64,000 nt of DNA, taken from the NCBI GenBank assembly GCA_977017645.1, contig OZ360220.1, positions 287,618,001-287,682,000 of the forward strand, written 5' to 3'. Both the position numbers and the translations under genes were made by a program. Source of the stretch: Torpedo marmorata. Lineage: Eukaryota. Of this stretch, positions 36,301-46,547 are shown piece after piece; position 1 is the stretch's first letter, and every line of letters starts with the position of its first letter. The notes beneath the pieces were generated by a model. The model saw nothing but the letters and a program-made list of their open reading frames with translations, did no database searches and had not been told where the DNA came from.

Positions 36301-38885
36301 GTTTGATAAATAGTGGAGTCTCAAAGGTTTAGTATGAGCAGTTCATTCAGAATCAGAATTTATTGTCATGAACAAGTCATGAAATTCGTTGTTTTGCGGC
36401 AGCATCACAGGGCAAACATTCATATAAACCACCTTACAAAAATAAATAAAAATAGTGCACGAAAAGTCACAGTAAGGCAGTGTCTTTGGTTCATTGATTA
36501 TTCAGGAATCTGATGGCAGTGGGGAAGAAGCTGTCCTTGTGCCGCTGAGTGCTCATCTTCAGGCTCCTGTACCCTTTTCCCGATGGTAGCAGAGTGCAGA
36601 GGGCATGGCCTGGGTGGTGGGGGTCTTTGAGGATAGAGGCTGCTTTTTTAAGACACCGTCTCTTGTAGATGTCCTCGATGGAGTGAAGTCTGGTGCCTGT
36701 GATGTCACAGGCCGAGTTAACAACCCTCTGGAGTTTTTTATTGTCCTGTGCGTTGGCACCTCCGTACCAGAGAGTGATGCAACCAGCCAGAATATTCTCC
36801 ACAGTGCACCTGTAGAGGTTTTTGAGAGTCTTCGGTGACATACCGAATCTCCTCAAACACATGGAGGCTCCAGGACAGATCCTCGGAGATGTTGACACCC
36901 AGGAATTTGTAGTTCTTGACCCTCTCCACTACTGAGCTCTCGATGAGGACTGGATCGTGTTCTCCTGACTTCCTCCCGAAGTCCACAATCATCTCCTTGG
37001 TTTTGCTAACGTTGAGTGCAAGGTTGTTGGTGTGACACCACTCAACGAGTTGATCTATCTCCCTCCTGTATACTTCCTCATTGCCGTTTATGATTCTGCC
37101 GACAACTGTGGTGTCATCTGCAAATTTGTAGATAGCATTGGAATTGTGCCTGGCCACACGGTCATAGGTGTATAGTGAGTAGAGCAGTGGGCTACGCACA
37201 CATCCTTGAGGTGTGCCTGTGTTGATAGTCAGTGAGGAGAAGACGTTGTTTTTAATTCGTACTGATTGTGGTCTTCTGGTGAGGAAGTCAAGGATCCAGT
37301 TGCAGACTGGGTGCAGAGGCCCAGTGTTTGGAGCTTCTTGACCAGCACTGAGGGAATAATGGTGTTGAAGGCTGAGCTGTAGTCTATGAAGAGCAGCAAT
37401 ATGTATAAGTTGCTGTTTTCGAGGTGATCCAGAGCTGAGTGGAGAGCCAGCGATATTTCATCTACTGTGGAGCGATTGTGACAATAGACACAATCACTCC
37501 ACAGCAGTCATTCAGCATTCTCACTGCCCGTGGGAAGAAGCTGTTTCTCAACCTGATGGTGCTGGCTCTGGTACTCCTGTATTTCTTTCCCGACAGGAGT
37601 AGCTGAAAAATGGTGTGTGCGGGATGGTAGGGATCCTCAATGATTTTCCGCGCGCTCTTTAAACAACAATCCTGGTAGTTCATGTCGATGGGGGGGAGGG
37701 GAGGGGGGAGGGAGACCCCAGTGAACCTCTCTGCCACTCTTATGGTCCTGTCGATTGACCTCCGATCCAATGTTCTACAGCAATCGTACCACACAGTGAT
37801 GCAGCCGACCAGGACGCTCTCGATAGAGCTCCTGTAGAAAGTTGACAGGATGGTGGCCGGTAGCCTTGCCCGCCTCAGTCTTCTCAGGAAGTGCAGTTGC
37901 TGTTACGCCTTCCTGATACGTGATGAGTCGTTGTGTGTCTAGGATAAGTTAATTGTTAAGTTGTCTCCGAGGAACCTGGTGGTCTCTACTCTCTCCACTA
38001 CCAAGTTATTACTATGTAATGATAGTTGTTCCTGGCCCTCCTGAAGTTCACGATCACCTCCTTTGTCTTGTCCACATTGAGAATCAGGTTGTTATTCCCG
38101 CACCATATCATGAGATTGTCCACCTCTTCTCTGTAGTGCGACTCATTGTTGTTGCTGATGAAGCCAACTACTGTCATGTCGTCTGCAAACTTGACACTGG
38201 TGGTAGGGTGGTAGTCATTGAGGCCTGTTACTCTCGCCCTCTTTGTTATTGGGATGATGGTGGCTGTCTTAAAACCCACAGGTATAATGGATAGCTGCAG
38301 TGACGTGAAGATGTCTGTAAGGACCTCCGTCAGTTGGTCTGCGCTGTCCTTCAGTACCTGACCAGGTATGTTGTCTTGTCCTGCTGTCTTGTGTGAGTTC
38401 ATCTTGGATAGGATTCTCCTCACCTCAGCCACGGGCTATGCAGGGGGCCCATTCATCAGGGAGAAACGGAGCTTTCTTCGGTGTCAGCCTGTTTTTCTCA
38501 TCGAACCGTGCATAGAAGATGTTCAGTCTGTCCGGAAGGGAAGCGTCGTTGTCTTTAACTCGCAAGGTTGACTTGTGATCATTATTGTTCTTCATCCCTT
38601 GCCACATATGCCTCGTGTCACCGGTGTCGCACAGCTGTCTATTGATCTTCTGTGCATCCCCACGTTTTGCCTTCCGGATTGCACAGGAGAATTCAGCCGT
38701 GGCTGATCTTAGTGCCATCTTGTCTCCTGTCCTGAAAGAATCACGAGCTCCGAGAAGTGCCGGACCTCTGCATCCAACCATGGATTCTGGTTAGCCCTGG
38801 TTGTGAAGCCTTTGATCGCGGTGACATCCTTGCTGATGTAGCCAGTCACTGAGCTCGTGTACTCCTCCATGTTTACATGACCGTA
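36127..38885 (-). mobile_element. Rex1/Babar LINE, (AACTTG)n tail family, internally deleted and interrupted by another Rex
   Basis: Minus-strand RT and C-terminal peptides in ORFs 37462-37794, 37998-38432 and 38425-38781. The 3' UTR at 36127-36350 contains a (TA)n run at 36262-36292. Confidence 0.88.
36351..37502 (-). mobile_element. Rex1/Babar LINE, same family as 21326-23448, 5'-truncated
   Basis: High identity to 22250-23445. Flanked by AGCAGT(T)CATTCAG at 36337-36350 and 37503-37515. Confidence 0.92.
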
Positions 38886-41806
38886 GGCAGTACATTTGGT
38901 TGCAGGAGGTACTGACACCTTGCATTGATGTCTTCTACTCACAGCCAACCTCACCCACAAGCCTCCTCGTTCCAGTGCCCACCCTGATCATCTCCCTGAC
39001 CAACCACCCATGGACAGTTTAGTATTGCTACTTGCAAAGACAATGTACAGCTATCAAGACCACATCCTTTATTGATGTAATAATCTCTCAACTAATAGAA
39101 ATTTCCTGTAATTTAATGTATCAGAAGTCTTAGAATCATAGCTAGACACAGTGGGAACGTCCCCTTCAGCCCACTGAGACCATGCGGAAACACTAATCCT
39201 ATAATCAGCACTCTTTTTATTCTCATCACATCCTCATCAATTCCACCTCCTCCTATTTCCTACCACTCACCGATCGACTGTAGGAAATATTCAGAGGCCA
39301 GTTAACCTTCTGATCTGCATGTCTTTGGGATGTCATCGAGGGAGCAGTCATTGTCGGAGTGGTCTGAGTCACAGTGGTAAGGCTTTGGCTCAAGAGGCTT
39401 CAGCAAGAAAAGGCTGAGGTGGTGGTGCAGGAGTTTCAGTAAGTAAGGGTCACTCTATTCGAGGAACAAAAAGGATACTGCAGGTAGGCAAGGGTAAGGG
39501 CAGGTTTTATTTATCTTATATATTTTTTCCTTTAGTCATAGACAGAGGGAATGGCAGCCAGGGCAGGGGAATGCTCCTCTTGCAGAATGTGGGTAGTTGG
39601 GGAAGCCAGCAGTATCCCTAACGACTTCATCTGCGAGAAGTGCATCCAGCTGCAACTCCTTACAAACCGAGTTAAAGAATTGGAACTGGAGTTGGATAAA
39701 CTCTGGATCATTCGGGAGGCTGAGAGGGTGATAGACAGGAGTTATAGAGATGCTATCACACCTAGGAGGAGGGTAGATGGGTGACAGTCAGGAGAGGGAA
39801 AGGAAATATGCAGGCAGTATGGGCCTCCCAAGTACCAGGATCTGAGATATCTCAGATTGAGTTCACGGCATTCTCAGGAGGAAGGGTGAGCAGCCAGATG
39901 TCGTGGTCCATATAGGAACCAATGACGTGGGTAGGAAGGGTGAGGAGGTCCTGCAAGGAGAGTTCAGGGAGTTAGGTTGAAGGACAGGATCTCCAGGATT
40001 GTGATCTCAGGATTGCTACTCATGCCATGTGCTAGTGAGGTTAGAAATAGGAGCAAAATGCTGCTTAACATGTGGCTAAAGACATGGTGCAGGAGGGAGG
40101 GCTTCAGGTTTCTGGATCATTGGGCTCTCTTTCAGGGAACGTGGGATTTGTTCTGATGGGACGGTTTGCATCTGAACTGTAGGGGTCTAATATCCTTGAG
40201 GGAAGGTTTGCCAGTTCTGCTACAGGGGGGTTTAAACTAGATTTTCAAGGGGATGGGAACCACAGTGCCAGAGTAGGTAGGGGAGTGGAGGAGGGAAAAG
40301 ATGATGTGAAAATTGCATGTAACGTCAGAAGTCAAAGGGTTGTACGTGGTGGAAATGTTCTCAGGTGCATCTATTTCAATGCAAGGTGTATTGTAGGAAA
40401 GGCACATGGAATTATGACATTGTGGCCATTAGTGAAACTTGGTTCCATGAGGGGTAGGACCAGCTGCTCAATGTTCCGTGCTTCCGTTCCTTTAGACACG
40501 ATAGAGCAGTGGGGATGAAAGGGGGAGGAGTGGCATAGCTTGTCAAGGAAAATATCACAGCTCAGCTCAGGCAGGACAGACGAGAGGGCTCGTCTACTGA
40601 GACTATATGGGTGGAGCTGAGGAACAGGAAAGGTATAACCCCACTCTTGGGTTTGTATTATAGACCACCCAATCGTCAATGAGAATTGGAGGAGCAAATC
40701 TGTAGAGAGATAGCAGACAGCTGCAGGAAACATATGGTTGTGATAGTTGGAGATTTTAATTTTCCACACGTTGACTGGGACTCCCATACTGTAAAAGGGC
40801 TGGATGGCTTAGAGTTTGTCAAATGTAATTATAATGCCATTAGTTTTAAGTTAATTATGGAGAAAGATAGGTTTGGTCTTCGGGTTAAGATTCTAAACTG
40901 GAGAAAGGCCAATTTTGAGGAAAGGAGAAAGGATCTTGAATGCGTGGATTGGGATAAGTTGTTTTCGGGAAAGGATGTGCGAGGTAAGTGAAAGACCTTC
41001 AAAAGTGAAATTTTGAGAGTACAGATTTTGTATGTTCCTGTCAGGATTAAAGGCAAAGTTAACAGGCATAGGGAACCTTGGTTTTTGAGGGATATTGGTG
41101 ATCTTGTTGAAGAAGAGAGAGGTGTATAGCAGGTAAAGGCAACATGGAGCAAATGAGGTACTTGAGGAGTATAAAAATGCAATGAAAACCTCAAGAAAGA
41201 AATCAGGAAGGCTAAAAGAAGATATGAGGATGCTTTGGCAGACAATGTGAAGGAAAATCCTAAGGGTTTCTACAGGTACTATCAAGGTAAGAGCAAAAGG
41301 ATAATAAGGGACTAAATTGATCCCCTTGAAGATCAGAGTGGTCAGCTATGTATGAAGCCAAAAGAGATGGGGGAGATCTTAAATGGGCTTTTGCTTCAGT
41401 ATTTACTCAGGAAACTGGCACTGAATCAAAGGAAGTTAGGAAAACAAGTAGTGAGGTCATGGAACCTATACAGATAAAAGAGGAGGAGGTGCTTGCTGTC
41501 TTAAAGCAAATAAGAGTGGATAAATCCCCAGGACCTGACAAGATATTCCCTTGGACTTTGAGGGAGACTAGTGTAGAAATTGCAGGGGCTCTGGCAGAAC
41601 TATTTAAAATGTCCTTAGCCACAGGTGTGGTGCCGGAGGATTGGAGGGTAGCTCATGCTGTTCCATTGTTTAAAAAAAGCTCCAAAAGTAACCCTGGAAA
41701 TTATAGGTCGGTGAGGCTGATGTCAGTAGTAGGTAAATTATTGGAAGGTGTTTTAAGAGATCGGATATACAAGTATTTGGATTGCCAAGGACTGATTAGG
41801 GATAGT

Positions 41807-42653
41807 AAAAACACAAATGCTGGAGAAACTCAGCAGGTCAAACAGTGTCTTTTATGTAGCAAAGGTAGAAATACATAACCGACGTTTCGGGCTTGAGCCC
41901 TTCATCAAAGTATGAGAAAATACCGGCAGGTGTCCGAACAAAAGAGTGAGGGGGGATGTGGCAAAGGCAGGAGATGATAGATGGAGAAAGGAGGGAGGGG
42001 ACAGCAGCAAAGAGGGGGAGGAGGGATGGCTGGGTGGTGGAAAAAAAACAGGAAGGACAGGTGAGGGGGGAGGGGAAGGAAACGACAAGCAGGTTTAGTG
42101 GAAAGCAGAAAAGTCAATGTTAATGCCATCTGGCTGGAGAGTGCCCAGACGGAAAAAGAGATGTTGTTCCTCCAATTTGCGGGTAGTCTGGGTGGGATAG
42201 TACATAAGGCCATGGACAGACATGTGAGTGTGGGAGTGTGACCCGGAATTGAAATGATTGGCTACTGGGAGGTCGCTGTTGTTGCGGACGGAGAGGAGGT
42301 GCTCAGCAAAGCAGTCTCCCAATTTATGACCGGTCTCTCCGATGTAGAGAAAGCCACAAAAGGAGCACCGGATGCAATAAATTCCCAATCTACGACCGGT
42401 CTCCCCCTCTTTGCTGCTGTCCCCTCCCTCCTTTCTCCACCTATCATCTCCTGCCTTTGCCACTTCCCCCCTCACTCTTTTGTTCGGACGCCTGCCGGCA
42501 TTTTCTCATATTTGATGAAGGGCTCAAGCCCGAAACATCAGTTATGTATTTCTACCTGTGCTACATAAAAGACACTGTTTGACCTGCTGAGTTTCTCCAA
42601 CATTTGTGTTTTTTACTTCAACCACGGTGTCTACAGATTTTCGTGTTTTACTT
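41807..42653 (+). mobile_element. Penelope-like element: inverted pLTR + GIY-YIG fragment joined to pLTR + tail
   Basis: 15-bp TSD CTGATTAGGGATAGT (41792-41806 and 42654-42668). Hammerhead motifs at 41874-41914 (-) and 42507-42546 (+, mutated). Confidence 0.92.
42095..42382 (-). pseudogene. GIY-YIG endonuclease fragment of a Penelope-like element
   Basis: IYCIRCSFCGFLYIGETG...RF-like FAEH...VANHF...LEEQHLFFRLGTLQPDGIN, with the CCHH motif typical of PLE endonucleases. Confidence 0.9.
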
Positions 42654-43527
42654 CTGATTAGGGATAGTGCATGGTAGGTCATGTTTAACCAATCTGATAG
42701 AGTTTTTCGAGGAGGTTAACAGGAAAGTTGATGAAGGAAAGGCTGTGGATGTTGTCTACATGGACTTTAGTAAGGCCTTAGACGAGGTCCCACATAGGAG
42801 GTTAGTCAGGAAGGTTCAGACGCTCGTTATTCATGGTGAGGTAGTAAAATGGATTCAACATTGGCTATATGGGAGAAGCCAGAGAGTAGTGGTGGATGAT
42901 TGCTTCTCAGACTGGAGGCCTGTGACCAATGGTGTGCCTCAGGGATCAGTGCTGGGACCATTATTGTTTGTCATCTATATTAATGATCTGGATGATAATG
43001 TGGTAAATTCGATCAGCAAGTTTGCAGATGACACTAAGATTGGAGGCGTGGACAGCAAAGAAGGTTTTCAAAACTTGCAGAGGGATCTGGACCAGCTGGA
43101 AAAATGGGCTGAAAAATGGCAGATGGAGTTTAATGCAGACAAGTGTGATGTGTTGCATTTTGGACGGGCAAACCAAGAATGGACATACACGGTTGTAACA
43201 AATGTGTTAAATTTAATATTAATATTTAAAGTTATGTTATAGAAATACCGTATATTTCGGCGTATAAGGCGAGTCTTGAAACCCTCAAAAATCTCTCAAA
43301 AAACAGGGTTCGATTTATACGCCGGATATACTTTTGAGATCTTAAAATCAGCTCAAAAACCACTCCACGCCGATTCGGCGTATAAGTCGACCCTTGAAAA
43401 CCCGATTCGGCGTATAAGTCGACCCTTGAAAACCCAATTCGGCGTATAAGTCGACCCTTGAAAAACCAAAAAAAAACCCGACTGCAACAAATTTTAATTG
43501 ACATTTTTATTGAAAACTACAAGACAT

Positions 43528-45816
43528 TTAGAACCCTTCAAAATCATTTTCGCTATCATCGTCTGAGGCAAAGATCTCGGCAAGCACATCCGGGGTCTCA
43601 CTGTTTAAACAGTCATCATACGGGTCCCAGTCTGTATCTGATGAGGCGGCTTCAGCTTCGTCGTCAGTGTCCCACAATAAATCATCTTCTGTACCATCAA
43701 TTGCACAAGAGATACCGCACTTTTTAAATGATTTTATTATAGTCTCTACTTTCACTTTGTCCCATGCCTTGAGCACGAAGTCACACAGCACATCAAGCGA
43801 TGCAGCACGCATTGCCCCGCATTTTGTAAATGATTTTTCTGCACTCGACATCCATGTATTCCACTCTTCACGCACATGTTCTTTGAATGGCTTGTTCAAG
43901 CAGACATCGAGAGGTTGCAATATAGACGTCAAACCACCCAGGATATGTAAGTATTATGTTGAGCTAATCTACTTTTAGTCTTCTCAGTTAAGTGGCTATG
44001 AAACATATCCCAGACCAGCAAACTCCGTTTCTTGCATAAACCGCCTGGCCGCCTGTTCCACACATTGTCTATCCATAGTTTTACACCATTTTCATCCATC
44101 CATCCTTATTCATGAAAATGTACAAAAATACCCGCAGGGAATTTTATTTTAGGTTTAAATTTATGTTTGAAGATTACCATGGGTCTTAACTTTGTCCCGT
44201 CGGCCATGCACGATAACACCATGGTAAACCTGGTCCTTTCATGGCCTGTACTCCTGGTTTGCACAGTTTTCACACCTTTCCATTCCACTGTTCTATTGCC
44301 TATTGTTACAAATTCAAACCAGCAACGACAGAAGACACAATGCAAAAGGGGTAAAATTGAAATTTATATTTATTAAAGACAATTAAATATATAATTTCAC
44401 AACAATTAACCCCACTATAAATGTCTATAAACACTATTCTTATCTAAAAGGTGTGTATGTGTGTGTAAAGCCCAAACCATTATAGTCTGTGCCAAACCCT
44501 CATGTAAAAATGGAAAAAACCTTCCCCAAAAACCCCAGGTCATTCATAAAAACAAGTCAATCCCAAAAATACAGTCCACAAAAATTCATTCTCTATATTC
44601 AGGGTCCAAATTCATCTCTGTGTGCTGGCAAGCAGGACTTCTTAATGAACGTTGGAGAGAGAGAGAGACAATGACTGTTTATGCTTAAGAATGCTTGGCT
44701 TGCTTTTCTTCTCTGATGACTTTCCCTTCTGGTGTTTTCACAAGGATTGCGAATCCAGATCTGTTTTTGATTGAGGCGTGTACTTGGATCTCACAGCCTG
44801 TCTCGCTGATCTCACGCCTGTTCTTCACAAAAGCTGCTCTCAACTCAGGATTTTGCCGAATCACCAAGGCTTTGTTTTTGTTCCCAACCTTTTCCCCTGG
44901 GATGCACAAGCCTGGATTTTTTCTGATTCAGAAGGCTCTGTGTTCTTCTCCCAACCTTTTCTCTGGGATGCACAAGCCTGGATCCTGCTGAGTTCTTCCG
45001 CCTTTGCAACTCCAAAACTGCCACTGATTCAGTTTTCCACGTCTGAACTTTTAGGCCTTCCTGCAGAGGTCTTCACCTGCCTTTTCAAAAAGTCCAACCA
45101 AGTATATATCTTTTCACAGTCTGTCTCCCCCTGGTGTCTCTCTCTAGTAAGTACAAGAAGTCCTGGGCAAGTTAACTCTTTTAGTACCAGGTCCCAGTGT
45201 GTACTCCAAAAGACTTCATCCTTCCTGCTGACCGTCCGCAGTCCAAATGGTCAGTCATAGTCCATAACGCTATCATGTCAAAATTCATGGGGGTTTCGTC
45301 CATGTTTCCAATATTTGCCAATGCAAACTTGTGTTTCTGCCGGTTACGTAAAATAAACTGGTGAAAACTTACAACTTTATGATCAAGATCTTTTGGTAGT
45401 TTCTGAGCAATTTTTGTTTTTTGTTGTAATTCCAGATTTTTCCTGTTCATGAAACGGTTGCACCAGCCTACTGTAGCTTCAAAATGATTACTGAGTTCTG
45501 GGTGCGACTTTGCCCACTTCAGTGCAAATGTTCTTATTTTATTTCAGGTGACTACGTAGCAATCTTGCCTCTGTTCACGTACCCATGCTGCAACATGATT
45601 TTCCAACTCTGGCCAACGAGTGATTCCTCTTCTCATCGAACATTGCCTTTTTGGTATTTTTCTTAAAGTATCTTCTTTCTTCCTCCAATCTCTTACCAAC
45701 TTCTCATATATATCAAATTTTCTTGCAGCAGCACAGTTGTTGGTTTTCTTGGCCATTTCTATCACTTTTAATTTAAAACTCACCTCATACTTTCGTCGTT
45801 TCAATTGAGCCTCCAT
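43528..45816 (-). pseudogene. pogo transposase (Brinker-like DBD, CENP-B HTH, DDD domain), frameshifted and split by a solo LTR
   Basis: RRKYEVSFKLKVIE...AAARKF..., GNMDETPMNFD, FTMVLSCMADGTKLRPMVIFK, GWMDE, TSILQPLDVCLNKPFK and an acidic tail. Confidence 0.92.
44304..45269 (-). mobile_element. Solo LTR, family A, inserted in the transposase gene
   Basis: 4-bp TSD CTAT (44300-44303 and 45270-45273). Removal restores FDMIGNRTVE. Confidence 0.92.
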
Positions 45817-46547
45817 GATAACAATCACATCCAGCCAACGCCCAGCAGCTCAATCAGCGCGATCGTTGTGGGTCGACCTATACGCCGGTCAACGCTCAGC
45901 ATCTCAGGCATCGCGATTTTTGGGGGTCGACTTATACGCCGGATATACAATAAAACCATTAAAATGAGACTGAAAAAGGGGGTCAACCTATCTGCGAGTC
46001 GACTTATACGCCGAAATATACGGTATATATATTCTTGGTAAGGTTAGTTGTGGGATGGTACAGGATCACACACAGGTCACATCACATTTCCAGATACACC
46101 ACTGCACTAAGAGAAAAAGTGTCAGCTTGGAGTCGCAGAGTCTGGATCTTAATGGATTTCAGGACAATGTGTGGTTCTTAAAAGCATTATGCTAGCAACT
46201 GTTGCAAACTCAAGTGCCATTTGAGTGACATGTGCCAGACTTTCCGGAGACATAACCACTTAAACAGTAATGAGGTCAGATGTTTTTATGGCTATGAAGT
46301 GGTTTTGGAGAAAGGCTGGAGGTTTTGCAGAAATGAAACTGAAACTGTGATGATGTCACGTCACATGATGTCAGAGAACTATATACTGAAGGCAGAGAAA
46401 CATTTTGAATCAGACTGAACCAGACTGAAGAAATTTGACTTTCTGGAAAGACAGAATTTGAAGCAGTGATCTCTGACATAGATAGAGGTGCTATTTTGTG
46501 TATTATCCTTACCATAGGAGACATACAATAAGTGGCTTTTAAAATAA

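Larger units (their letters stand above)
43248..46023 (-). mobile_element. pogo-superfamily (POGK-like) DNA transposon
   Basis: Perfect 21-bp TIRs CCGTATATTTCGGCGTATAAG, TA target duplication, subterminal CGGCGTATAAGTCGAC repeats and transposase fragments. Confidence 0.95.

Noticed and set aside
43372-43467. CRISPR-like array
   Set aside because: It is a head-to-tail 32-bp tandem repeat without unique spacers, inside a eukaryotic transposon.
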